Shown piece after piece: positions 25,086-38,582 of a DNA stretch of 64,000 nucleotides. This stretch comes from Octopus sinensis. Its lineage: Eukaryota. Each line of letters starts with the position of its first letter. Within the stretch, counting starts at the first letter, position 1. The position numbers and the translations under genes are program-made. The notes under the pieces were generated by a model. That model was given only the letters and a program-made list of their open reading frames with translations. It was not told the DNA's origin and searched no databases. The DNA lies in assembly GCF_006345805.1 (NCBI RefSeq), contig NC_043011.1, forward strand, positions 37,522,464-37,586,463, given 5' to 3'.

Positions 25086-27546
25086 CCACAAAGCAGAGGA
25101 ACCATTGTGTAACCCACTATGGTGTGGTAAACTTTCAGACTCTAGTCTAGATTGGGAATCCTCTGTACCCCAGGATGGTTCAGCTCTCCACCCGTTAAAA
25201 GCCACCGTTTACATAATGAGGATAACACCGCAGCTTTCGCGTCCGTGCAACCGCCAGTCTATCGCGTGTGGTGGGTGGATCTTCAAGTCGTCACACGCAT
25301 TCTTAGTAGCTTAGAGTAGGCTCGAATTAGAGATTATCCTTTGTGGCTAATGGCGTGGGACCTGATTGGAAGAAGAAGACAACAGCAGAAATAGTACAAT
25401 CACAGATATTACAAATACTAGGACCAAAATCTTTAGCAACATCACAATGACCATCAGTTCGCCAGTCCACTCGCTAAACATTATCTTTGCCAAGAGCTAT
25501 GGCGACATAATGCATGGCTACTATCAATAATAGCATTGCAACATCACGAGAATCCAATGTATCACTTCGCCAGCTTCGATACCATACACACTACAACCAG
25601 CACAACACCATCTCTGCAACTACAGCAGCCGCACCATCACAAACACTACTGCCATCACAACTATCACTACCACCACTATGTTTGTTCCCGGATTGATTGC
25701 TAGACGCCACAGCCAATGCAACATCATCATACTGTCATACGTGCTCCAGCTACAACACTACATTCCTAACATGACGAATAGTGCAACCATCACTTGCAGT
25801 GGCTGTGCGGAAGATGTTTACTTCTTAACCTCATTATTCCGAGTTCAGTCCCATAGCGTGGCTCTTTGGGTAACGGTCTTCTACTATAAGCGTTGGAACG
25901 ATCAAAGCTTTGTGATTGAAGTTAGTAGACAGGAACTGTTGATTTGTTTACGTCTCCGTAACGCAAGTGTTCGGCAATAGCGACCAATGTAGTGAGTACC
26001 AAGTGCTAAAATATGTACTGGTGTTGACTCATTCGACTAAGAAATTCTTCAGTGTTGTTGGGCAACATGGCCGCAGTCCAATGACTGAAACAAGTGAAAT
26101 ATAGAAATCATAAACGACTACTACTATATCATTTGATTATGAGTAATTATTATTTGGATTCATAAAAATTGCGCCTTTCTGTATGATATTGTTGTTTATG
26201 TCTTTTTTCCCCGTTATCATTTGTTTGCGTATTCCTGTGGTCAGACATAGGATAACATTCCATCTATGAAAACCGCATCTTTCTTTCTCTTTTTATTTTA
26301 TAAATATAGAATTAGGCCATATTATGAATTATTAACTTTCCTGTATTTTTTTTTTTTATGACGATATGTTGTGTATATAAGGACACTTCTATTTAAATAA
26401 ACATATTTTGGTTTCTTAGCTAAGTCGTTGTTTTTGTTTTCGTTAATTCTGAAGTGTTGCTAATGGTGCGATGTGATTGCTAGGGATTGTCGGTGGCGGC
26501 ATTTAATCCAACTTGTAATCAAGTGGTTTTCTAACTGAAAACCTATTTGCGTTGCCTTTTCGATACGTAGTAAATCCAAGATTTTAAAACAGTAGCAAAG
26601 AGGTGTTTGAAAAAGAAAAATATCCACTGCCATTCCTGCTATATCTAGTAGTTTTATAGAAGCCTTTTGATTCATTTGTAGACGCTTTAGTTATTGGTGT
26701 TGTTGATGAGATACAAGTCGACTTTTGTCCAGCTTACCTACATTCAAAGATGTTCAAATGAAGACGATTCACAGATATTAAATGGGTACTATTTTAAAAA
26801 GATTCACTAGATAGAGTCTCCCTGTTTGGCCTCAGAGTCTATCATGCGCTGCTCATTTCAGATTTTATTTGACGAGTACTAAAGATATTACATAAACAAG
26901 CGAAAATTAATCCAGTTGAAACTTAATTATAAAAACCGAAGAAAATATTGCAGATTTTCAAAACAGGTCTTTAAGTTGCAAACGAGTGTATGAAAACATC
27001 TTCAAACTTCAATATATATCCTATATCGATTCCGTATAGTAAACGTTAAATATCCCCAAACATTAAGTGTTAAACTGGCATTTCAAATTTATTGGTATTG
27101 CCAGACCAGCAACTAAACTATAACTGTAAAACTGATAATAAATGATACATTTTGAGTGGCTGGTTTATTCGATTAAATTAATACGAGTGCTCAGATGGTA
27201 TTTTGTTATATAAAACCTAGAAGGGTAGAAAGAAATACTGCGCTGTATGTGATTTAAGTTCTGAACATGAATAACTGCATGTAAATTCTATAAGAGCGAA
27301 GCTCCAACAATGTTTCGGCTATCGCACTGCCGAAGCTAGGCATCTAGTATATTATCTAACATTCAGGCAATAACACCTATTTTACAAAGTGAAAGGTGAT
27401 TAAACCGACGACAACAATCCGAAAATGACATGATAATTCATCAGTCTTAACGTGATGCAAACCAAGCCTAACCTGAGTAAGATTTGAGACTTAATGCTGA
27501 GGTGTTCAAGTAATTACCACAATGAAAACAATATATTAATTTGGCA

Positions 27547-28218
27547 AGGCGGTGAGCTGGCAGGATCGTTAGCACGCCGGGCGAAACGCTAATCTGTCCT
27601 TGTTTGTCCTCTCTGTGTGTAACCACTTGTGGGCAGTAAAAAAATAAGAGATGTTAGCACTCCCAGGGAAATGCCTTGTGGTATTTCGTCTGCCGTTACG
27701 TTCTGAGTTCAAATTTCGCCGAGGTCGACTTTGCCTTTCATCCTTTCGGAGTCGATAAATTAAGTACCAGTTACGCACTGGGGTCGATGTAATCGACTTA
27801 ATCCGTTTGTCTGTCCTGGTTTGTCCCCTATATGTTTAGCCCCATGTGGCTAGTAAAGAAATAGGTATTTCGTCTACCATTATGTTCTGAGTTCAAATTT
27901 CGCCGAGGTCGACTTTGCCTTTCATCGTTTCGGGGTCGATTAATAAAGTACCAGCTACGCTCTTGGGTCGATATAATCGACTTAATCCGTTTGTCTCTCC
28001 TTGTTTGTCCTCTCTTTATTTAGCTCCTTGTGGGTAGTAAAGAAATGGGTATTTCGTCTGCCGCTACGTTCTGAGTTCAAATTTCGCCGAGGTCAACTTT
28101 GCCTTTAATCCTTTTCGGGTCGATAAATTAAGTACTAGTTACGTACTTGGGTCGATCAATAAGACTGGACCGCTCCCCCATATTTTCGGGACTTGTGCTT
28201 AGAATAGAAAAGAATATA
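27547..28218 (+). mobile_element. SINE family B with an internal 184-bp tandem array
   Basis: Head at 27547. Unit starts GGTATTTCG at 27680, 27864 and 28048, each unit with a B box. Confidence 0.9.
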
Positions 28219-28457
28219 TTTAGTTGGCAAACAATGTACCTGGATGTAGAATAATCATGAAAAATATATTAATAACATTTTAAAATTATTTGAAAGTCGA
28301 ATTCTGTCGGGATTCGACTTTCAAATACTTCAGGTGCATTGTTTAATTTGTTTTCTGAAGGTCTAGAACTGAAACAGCTGTAAGGGATGAGTGTCGAATT
28401 TGCAATTAATAAATAATAATTCATTAATTACCTTTCTTTTTTCTTATCTTGTCTTAC

Positions 28458-28511
<54 letters not shown>

Positions 28512-29162
28512 GTAAACTTCATTAAATCCATTAAAATAAACTTAGCTTTCGTGCCCAAACATAATAAACTAAAACAGGGTTCTCTTCTCGTATAGCGTAG
28601 ATCGTTTACAAATAAATTAGTGATTGAGAAACCGCCGAGCAGCCAATTGCTGAGGACTTATTATGATTGGTGAAACTACGTATGATGGATGACATGATTA
28701 CTGACAAGAGGCCTTCCTGAATTTTTGTAAATATGTTAAGCTATTAGGGATTGCAGTAATTCTAATATTGCACAGAACTGTTAGACACGGTGAAATGATT
28801 CATATATGAGACGTGCAAGATTGAATGTTCTCTCTGCATTCAAATACAGAACATTTATCCATATTGCACATGTGTATTATGAAAACGCACTGACAGAAAC
28901 AGCAGTTGTGTTGTGCTGAATAAATCGCTAACTATGCTTCGGTGGATTGCGTTTTACGATCAGGGGTCCAATTCTGAGTTATATGTTGATATCAATTGAA
29001 CCTATCAATTTCCATTTGAACGTGCGAGCTCAAAACGCAAACACGTATATGCACAAACGTAGAATAAGCACACACACACACAACGCGGGCAGACACACTC
29101 ACACACACACACAAACTTGCATATGCGATGTGAGCTTACTCTTGTATATACATATATAAGTG

Positions 29163-29226
<64 letters not shown>

Positions 29227-29484
29227 AACAAACATATATATACTTATACATGTATGCGGATATATGCATATGTCCATATACATATATATCTACGTATGTA
29301 TATGTATATACATGTTTCAATATAAATATATATGTACATCAATGAATAACAAAAGGATATGAATTGCTAGTCGCTCATTAGCTTACGCGTGAAACTTCAC
29401 TTCGAACACCCATACAAAGACAAACATACAAGCACGCACACACACACACACACATGTATATTCATTATATAACATATATATGTG

Positions 29485-29537
<53 letters not shown>

Positions 29538-29619
29538 ATGTATATATATATATGGACATAGATACAGATATGTATGTAGGTATGAGTATATATATATATA
29601 TATATTATATATATATATA

Positions 29620-29663
<44 letters not shown>

Positions 29664-29988
29664 ATTTGTAAGTGGTAGCGAAATCACGTTGGTATCCAAT
29701 AGGCAAGTGACGAGGAGTGTCCCTCGATATATTTGCATGCGTTCGCGCTCCTTAATGTCTCGGAGCGTGGCTACTGGCCCGTTTCATTAGTTTTATTGCT
29801 CAGGATACTGTAAGCTCTTCATTCGCTACATCCTGCATTGGCAAAGTTTACATTACGTGAACGGGTATGGATGTATGCCAGAGTAAAACTGTTGGGTTAA
29901 TATTTACAATTTTCCAACATGAAAACTTAGTTATGCCACAGATATAATACACGTACATATATATGCACTCAAACATATACGTACAGAC

Positions 29989-30019
<31 letters not shown>

Positions 30020-30041
30020 TGTATGTATGTATGTATGTATG

Positions 30042-30094
<53 letters not shown>

Positions 30095-30646
30095 GTGTCT
30101 CCCTGTGTGTATATATACGTATATATACAGAGAAAATTATTGAAATAAAGAAATAAAAGCTTAGGTTTTATTGTAAAGATTATATATACACGTAAAAAGA
30201 AAGGCAAAAATTTGAATTTTCAGAAGATTAACAAACAAGTAAAACTATATATTATTTTTATTGGCCAAATGCGTTTTTCTTCAATATTTATTTTTGCTTG
30301 CAATAGCCGGTTCATTTTGTCAAACTATCGTATCTCCAGCTGCTTCAGATGCCAAAATATTAAAAATTGTCAAAGTGTAGTACAATGGTTTTGCTACGGA
30401 ATGATGAAACTCTCTTTTCGCTTTCTGAAAACGCATCGGTTTGGACTTATGGCACTTTTACATAACAGCAATGATATATAATTCAAATCATTTGAGTGCT
30501 ATAGTGTTTTCCATATTGAGATTCTCTCACTCTCATCTGTTGGCTCTCTGTCTCTCTCTCATTCTTTATTTTCTTCTTTCATTATGTCTCTCTTCCTGTG
30601 TGTATATAAGTATATATATATATATATATATTATATAATATATATA

Positions 30647-30679
<33 letters not shown>

Positions 30680-30732
30680 AATACACATATGCATATATAT
30701 ATATATATATACATACATATACATATATATAT

Positions 30733-30777
<45 letters not shown>

Positions 30778-30851
30778 TATATATATATAAACATACATAT
30801 ATATATATATATGATTATATATATATAAACATACATATATATATATATATT

Positions 30852-31621
30852 TACAATATCAGAGACCTGGGTGTAATTGTTGATGACGATCTCAGTTGGA
30901 GTGCACACATCAACAATAAGGTCGATATAGCTCGTAGGATAAGTTCCTGGATCTTAAGAACTTTCCGATCCAGAGAACAAGGTGTCATCATACCACTTTT
31001 CTCCTCCTTTGTACGGCCACACCTCGAATACTGCTGCCCACTGTGGTCTCCCCATACATTACAAAACATCTCGAGGATTGAATCACCCCAGAGGGCACTC
31101 ACTAAACGAATTGAAGGCATGGCTGCTCTCTATTATTGGGATCGTTTTAAAGCCTTGAAACTCTACTCTCTCCAGCGCCGCCGTGAGCGGTACATCATTT
31201 GCACGATGTGGAGAATATACCGCCAACTTTGCCCAAACGACCTGAACATTAGCTTCAAGGTTCATCCAAGACTGGGATCACGAGCCATACGTCCCCTGCC
31301 CAATTCAAGATCACAGCATACACTGCAACATAATTTCTTTTCCTCAACAGGCCCTGCCCTATTTAACATTGTCCCGAAAGAGATCAAAGAGGAAAAGAAT
31401 CCCATCAACTTTAAACGGAGTCTGGATAGATTCCTTCAAAGAATACCAGATAAGCCACCTATAATTGAATACACCTCACCCAACAAAAACTCACTACTTG
31501 AATGGACCATAAACAACACTTGACTTAAACAGGATTCAAATAACCCTATCAGGTGGTGCTATTTAGTAAGACATAGCCTGGATCAATCTTTGGTCGAAAC
31601 ATATCTAAGTTTATCTAAGTT
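30852..31621 (+). mobile_element. CR1/L2-like LINE 3' end, 5'-truncated, with an uninterrupted reading frame
   Basis: Open frame 30852-31523: [18 protein letters not shown]...FVRPHLEYCCPLWSP...LYSLQRRRERY...GPALFNIVP. The 3'UTR ends in stem-loop-GAAAC plus (TATCTAAGTT)x2. TA tracts on both sides. Confidence 0.93.
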
Positions 31622-31665
31622 TATATGTGTGTATACATATATATATATATATGTGTGTGTGTGTG

Positions 31666-31728
<63 letters not shown>

Positions 31729-31879
31729 TGCGGCGAGTCGTTCTCTTTTAGTTCCTTATAATTTACCACACTGACCGGTAAAATTTCTACTCATATAATT
31801 ATTTAGTTTATCAGAAATAACATGGTCAATAAATAGATTAATAAATAATTAAATAAATAAGGATATTTAACATAGGAAT

Positions 31880-32175
31880 GAGTCGGGCTCACAATCATGA
31901 GGTCGTGAGTTCGATTCTCGGACCTGGTCGTGTGTTTTGTCCCTGACTAAAACACTTTATTTTAGTGTTGCTCCAGGTTAGTCAGCCGTAGAACGTGTTG
32001 CGACATCACTGGTACTAAGCTGTATCGGCCTTTACTTTTCACTTGGGCAACGTCGGTGACGTGATGAAAGGTAGGCATGGGCTACTGCTTTTTTTTGCAT
32101 AAACAAACTTTCCCGGAGTTGTGCCTAGGAGGAGAACTTTCTAGGTATAATCCTATGGTCATTCATTAACACGTA
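31880..32175 (+). mobile_element. tRNA-derived SINE family C, degenerate
   Basis: GAGTTCGATTCTCGG B box, ACACTTTATTT...TTGCTCCAG body and CACTGGTACTAAGCTGTATCGGCC, shared with the 34888 and 54480 copies. Confidence 0.75.
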
Positions 32176-32705
32176 TCTTGGATATAACTTTTTTATCAAC
32201 CTGCATGGGTTTCGAACACGGAACGTTAAGGAGCTTGACTAAATATTTCATAGAATTATCGGCATTTCTGCCATCCACCATATTTCTGATAACAGAATAT
32301 TATTAGCTATATGAGCAGAGAATGGTAGAGATTCATCATTTTAAATGGACAACAAATTTAATAAAATCAAATTAAATTAAAAATCTAATATAACAGTACG
32401 TGTTTAATATTAACCCTGTTATATACGGACAGACACATACGTGAGTATACCTGCGTGTGCGTTGAAATCAGTGAGTATACACACACACCCACAACCCATA
32501 CATATATATGTATGTGTGTGTGTATATATATATGCATATACGTATATATACATATATATAATTCTGCGTATATATATATATATGTGTGTTTGTGTATAGG
32601 TATATATATATATATATATAGCTATATATGCATATACATTATTTATATACGTACATATGTATGTATATATGTGTATGCATACATATATATATATACGTAT
32701 ATATG

Positions 32706-32763
<58 letters not shown>

Positions 32764-33093
32764 CATATATATATGTGCGTGTCTGTGTATGTGAGCGTAT
32801 GTGTGTGTATGCACATGTGTGTGTCGGTGTGGCATATATATCTAAATTACACGTAAACATAAACACATAGGAATATATATATACATACACGCATTTTTAT
32901 ATGCACACATACAATTTTGTATATGCGTATGTATTATACGTGCGTGTGTATGTGGGGGAATGAGATTGTCTGTGTTTATATTTTGTAAGCACGTACGCAA
33001 GTAAACTGACATGAAATTTATACGTATCTACGCATGAATCTACGTATACACACTTACGCACGCCCACACACGCATACACACAGAAAGCCAGAA

Positions 33094-33134
<41 letters not shown>

Positions 33135-33164
33135 CACACACACACACACGCACACACACACACA

Positions 33165-33323
<159 letters not shown>

Positions 33324-33509
33324 TGTATATTATTATGTGAATATGAATATGAGGTTGTACGCATGAATATTCATCACATAGAAACACACAGGATTCAGTT
33401 CTGAATACAAAGTGTATCTACTGAATTTTAATGCACATGTGAAGAGTTACACGCTGAACGTATGTATACGTTAGAGATTGTAAAATTAATATGAATATAT
33501 ATCGCGGCA

Positions 33510-34265
33510 TAACGGGCGAAATTCTTAGCGGCATTTCATCTGTCTTTGTGTTCTGAGTTCAAATTCCAGTGCTGTCGATTTTGCCGTTCATCTATTGGTG
33601 TCGATAAAACAAGTATTTTTTTATCACTGGGGTCGTTGTAATCAAATTACCCGCTACACCGTAGTAGCCAGATTTGTTCCAAAATTTATGAATATAAAAG
33701 ATCGCGACCTGGCAGATTCGTTAGCACCCCAGGCAAAATACTTAGCGGTATTTCGTCTGTTGTTACGTTCTCAGTTCAAATTCCGCCGAGGTCGGCTTTG
33801 CCTTTCATTCTTTCGGGGTCGATAAATTAAGTACCAGTTACGCACTGGGGCAGATATAATCGAAATAATCCGTTTTTCTGTCCTTGTTTGTCATCTCTGT
33901 GTTTAGCCCCTTGTGGGTAGTAAAGAAATAGTTGTTTCGGCTGCCCCTACGGTCTGAGTTCAAATTCCGCCGAGGTCGACTATGCCTTTCATCATTTCGG
34001 GGTCGATTAAATAAGTACCAGTTGCGCACTGGAGTCGATGTGATCGACTTAATCCGCTTGTTTGTCCTTGTTTATCCAGTCTGTGTTTAGCCCTTTGTGA
34101 GTTGTAAAGAAATAGGTATTTCTTCCGCCTTTAAGCTCTGGGTTGTAATGACGCTGGGGTTGACTTTGCCTTTCATCCTTTTAGGGTCCATGAAATAAAT
34201 AACAGTTGAGCACTGGGGTCGATCTTATCGACTAAGCCCCTCCCCGATCTTACTTCCCTTGTTTT
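33510..34265 (+). mobile_element. SINE family B cluster with a 184-bp tandem array
   Basis: A partial copy at 33510-33660, then units starting at 33747, 33931 and 34115. Confidence 0.88.
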
Positions 34266-34340
34266 AATCATAGGACCTTCCGAATTTTTGTCGAGCGATG
34301 TTGGGTGACAAAGACAGACACACAAGCCTTTACAGACACA

Positions 34341-34399
<59 letters not shown>

Positions 34400-34421
<22 letters not shown>

Positions 34422-34580
34422 GACGTGCTTATTTCAGTTTCCGCCACTCAAAACCACTCATAAGGCTTTGGTCGGCCTGAGGCTAAAGAAGAAGACACTT
34501 GCCCAAGCTGCCACGTAGTGGGATTGAACCCGAAACGATATGGTTGATAAGCAAGCTACTATTTATCACACAGCCACTCG
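34400..34580 (-). mobile_element. SINE family A 5' half
   Basis: Reverse complement of the head and CORE-like block (GAAGACACTTGCCCAAG...CACACAGCCACTC). Confidence 0.8.
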
Positions 34581-34817
34581 TACGCCTATTGAGTATATTC
34601 ATTATCGATTTAATATATGGAGCTGTACTCTGAATGGAATTCATACAAATGTGTGTGTGTGTGTGTGTGGTTTGTGCTTGGAGAATATATTTATATTTCT
34701 TAACATATGAAGGTATTAGTAGCATTCACAGACATGTATTGAGTCCTTTAAATATATGATATTTATCATTAGATGGAGCAGTTTTTTCTGTTGAATCTTC
34801 TATCACGGAACTGTATA

Positions 34818-34848
<31 letters not shown>

Positions 34849-34887
34849 GATGGCACTCCGTCCGTTAACACGATGAGCGTTCTATTT

Positions 34888-35180
34888 GGTGAAGACATAT
34901 AGCTCAGTGGTTAGAGCGTAGAACTTAAGATCGTGAGGTTGTGAGTTCGATTCCCGGACCGGGCTGCGTGTCGTGTTCTTGAGCAAGACACTTTATTTCG
35001 CGTTGCTCCAGTTAACTCGGCTGTAGTAATGAGTTGTGACATCACTGGTACCAAGCTGTATCGGCCTTTCAGTGGTGTGGAGAGGGGAAGCTGGACTTCC
35101 ACAAACAATATTGCCCTGACTTGTGTCACGGAGGGTAACTTTCTAGGTGCAATCCCATGGTCATTCATGACCAAAAGGGT
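34888..35180 (+). mobile_element. tRNA-derived SINE family C
   Basis: A box TAGCTCAGTGG, B box GAGTTCGATTCCC, CTTGAGCAAGACACTTTATTTC body. Confidence 0.85.
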
Positions 35181-35199
35181 CTCCTCCTCCTCCTCCTGT

Positions 35200-35450
35200 T
35201 CTATTTGATAGGTCGAAGTGGCTGAGCACTCCACAGACACGCGTACCTTTCTCCTAGTTGTCAAGGTGAGTCAGCGTAACATAGAATGTGACAGGGTTGC
35301 CCCTTTTGAATGGCAGCTACAACTTATTTTTGCCAACAGAGTGGATTGGAGCAACGGGGAATAAAGTATCTTGCTCAAGGCCACATATCGCTCTCAGGAA
35401 TCCTGCATGCGATTTTACGACCGTGGATCGAATACACGCAACACTTAGCT
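35200..35450 (-). mobile_element. SINE family C variant, tail-to-tail with the 34888 copy
   Basis: GAGTGGATTGGAGCAAC...ATAAAGTATCTTGCTCAAGG is the reverse complement of the family C body; the 3' part matches the 38110 and 43270 copies. Confidence 0.7.
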
Positions 35451-35454
35451 AGGT

Positions 35455-35900
35455 GTCTTCACACTTATATGTGTATGTGTTGCGTGTGTGCGTGTGTGTG
35501 CTGCGTGTATGTGCGTGTGTAAGTAGCGTGTGCGTGTTCTTCCTGTGTGTGTGTGCTGCATGTGTGTTGCGTGTGTGCGAGTTGCATGTGTGTGTGTGTG
35601 TGTTGCGTGTGTGCGTAGTGTGTGTTGCGGGTTTGTGTATGTGGGTGTGTTGCGTGTGTGTGTGTTGCGTGTGTGTATGATTGTGTATTGCGTGAGCGTT
35701 GCGCCTGTGTGTGCGTTACAAGTGTGTGGGTTGCGTATGAGTATGTTTGTTGTGTGTGTGTGTTGCGTGTGTCTATATCTGTATTGCGTGTGTGTGTGCT
35801 GCATGTGTGTGTGTTGCGTGTGTGTGTATGTGTGTCTGTTGCATACGAGTGTGTTGCGTGTGTACGGGCGCGTGTGTGTTTGCGTTTGTGTGCATGTAAC
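35455..35900 (+). repeat. Degenerate (GT)n tract with recurrent GTTGC interruptions
   Basis: Directly visible; explains the long H/T-rich and C/V-rich ORFs. Confidence 0.9.
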
Positions 35901-36309
35901 GTATTGACCGTCATATGACGGAGCACCTTTGGAAGAATACATTTGATTCCATGGATAATACTGGCAACATAGCATACATACAATAATTATAGTTTAACTT
36001 TTAGCAAACTTTTTGGTGCTTATCCAAAATGATGAAACGAACACGGATTTTCAAAAGAAAAATATTTATTACTTCCCAATAAAATTAAAAACAAATATCT
36101 CATTTGCATAACTCCTCCCATAATTACTCTATCATTATATTCCCATTCGTTCTCCTCCCCCACTTGGCTTCAGCCCCTATGATTCTTTCTTTCTCTTCAT
36201 CCTGCACTTCTCTCTGTTTATTTTATTTCTCTTTTTCTCTCTCCCCCTTTCTGTACGACATACATCGTGGCTACAGAATTTAAGCAACTACCATTTGCAT
36301 CAGCTACTA

Positions 36310-36960
36310 CCATATTTTTTTCTACTTTAGGCACAAGACCCGAATTTTGGGGAAGGGGGCCAGTCGATTAGATCGACTCCAGAATACGACAGGTGCTTAA
36401 TTTATCGACCCCAAAATGATGAAAAGCAAAGTCGACCGCGGGAGATTATAAAATCAGAACCTGTATGCATTCGTTTCTTTCCTAGGCACAAGGCCTGAAA
36501 TTTTTGGGAAGGGGGGCTGTCGATTAGATCGACACCAGTACGCAACTGGTACTTAATTTATCAATCTCGACAGAATGAAGGGCAAAGTCGAGCCAATAGC
36601 GGAATTTGAACTCAGATAATATACATATTATTTTCTACTCTACGCACAAGAATCGAAATTTTGGTGGAGGGGACCAGTCGATTAGATCAACTCCATTATG
36701 CAAGTGGTACTTAATTTACCGATCCCGAATGGATGAAAGGCAAAGCTGACTGCAGCGAATTATAGATTCAGGGACTGTATATATTCTTTTCGTCTCTAGG
36801 CACAAGGTCCGAAATTTTTGGGGAGAGGCCATTCGATTAGATCGACACCAGTACGCAACTGGTACTTAATATATCGACCTCGAAAGGATGAAAGGCAAAT
36901 CGACCACGGCGGAATTTGAACTCAGAACGTAAAGATAGACGAAATATGGCTGCTATCATA
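36310..36960 (-). mobile_element. SINE family B tandem array, four ~156-bp units with an alternative tail
   Basis: AGGCACAAG-like anchors at 36329, 36484, 36642 and 36798. Each unit has the GGATGAAAGGCAAAGTCGAC core. Confidence 0.88.
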
Positions 36961-37302
36961 TTGACGAGGTAGCAGAATGCTACTACTTGAGTAATATTCC
37001 TTCTATTTCTTTACTACCCACAAGGGGCTAAACACAGAGAGGACAAACAAAGACAGACAAACTTGAGTAATATTCTTTCTATCGATACTGAAGTGGATGA
37101 AATGCTAAATAGACCTTCGTAGAATTTCCACTTGAAACATAAACACGGACAAAATGGCGTTACGTATTTTATCCGACGAGCTTACGACACTGCCCTCTTG
37201 CCACCTTAAATCTCCATATAATGATTTCAAAATTTTGCACAAAGTCAGCAATTTTAGAGAAGCGTAACTGCACAGCTGGTGAACGACCCCGATAATATGA
37301 AT

Positions 37303-38506
37303 GTTTATACATAAATGTGAGTTAAAATAAAACCTTGTCTGTGAGGCTATTAAACGCACTGAAGACCGCAACAGGATTTACAGATGCAAATATACTTCGC
37401 ACTGGACATCTTAACTCATCTAAGCAACAAGAAATAAATATTACGAGATATTTATCAGAAAATGATTGAATGAGATATTCAAATTTAATTTCTTCGGGAT
37501 ACAATACTGTCTATATGTAAAGTGGAACAGGATTTGACGAGTTTTGATTCTACTCTATGTATCATGTTCAGGGAATTATACATTTCTGAAGCTATAAAAC
37601 TCCCTATACTGATCATCTGAGAATTTACAGAATTAACGAGAATTTAAAGTACCACATTGTAAATAATATATAATAGATACATGTGGTTTTCAATGCACAT
37701 ATAAATGCGTCTAAAAGAGTGGATTTATTACAAAATGCTCAATAATTCGGAATATTTTATGTTAGATTATATCGACCCTGAAAGTATGAATGAATATCTT
37801 ATACTATCGATAAGCATTTGCTCGGCATCCTAAACGAAAATCCGACAAACGTGCATTAGACGTCTGCAGTTTAACCGTAACACTCGCATACTGACGCGGC
37901 CTTTCGACACGAAAATTTTCACGAATGTGCAGGAAGGCTGATATTATATCCCATTCAAGGTGCCATGCAATGGGACTCATACCACAACAATATAACAGGG
38001 AAGGATTCTTCTTACCATACACTCAGGCTGCGCCTGTGTATATTTACACTTTTATGAATACACCTTTATACATACATATAATATAAGGATGTATTTACAT
38101 ATGACTAGTGAAGGCGCTTGGTTTAATGGTTAGATTAATCAGCTTACGATCGTAATGCTGTTAGTTGGATTCACGGTGGCAAGCTCTGCCCTTCACCAAA
38201 CAAATTTTTTTCACGTTGCTCCAATCCACTCAGCTGGAAATAATGATTGGTACCTATAATTCAAAGTGCCAGTCTTGTCACATTCTGAGTCATGCTGAAT
38301 CTCCCAGAGAACTACGGTAAGCTTACACGTGGCAGTGGGGTGTTCAATTACACGTTAATCTCACGAGCAAGTTTCCCCGTTCATCGGATCAACTGGAATC
38401 CTCGTCGTCGTAACCGACAACCTGCCAATTATGTAAGAATATGAAATCCCTTTCTCTCTCTCTTTCTCTCTTTCTCTCTCTACACACACATATATACATG
38501 CATTAT

Positions 38507-38539
<33 letters not shown>

Positions 38540-38551
38540 ATATATATATAT

Positions 38552-38582
<31 letters not shown>

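Noticed and set aside
24590-25800. Thr/Ser/Pro-rich-looking CAC/CAT/CAA sequence as a mucin-like exon (also ~21700-21900 and ~45600-45760)
   Set aside because: Frequent stops and no sustained frame. It is better explained as decayed trinucleotide repeats.
26740-26880. Minus-strand exon-like segment with a strong GTAAG donor
   Set aside because: It has stops in all three frames and there is no independent evidence for a non-coding exon.
27680-28160. Regular direct repeats as a possible CRISPR array
   Set aside because: The units are 184-bp contiguous SINE modules without unique spacers, the context is eukaryotic, and there are no cas genes.
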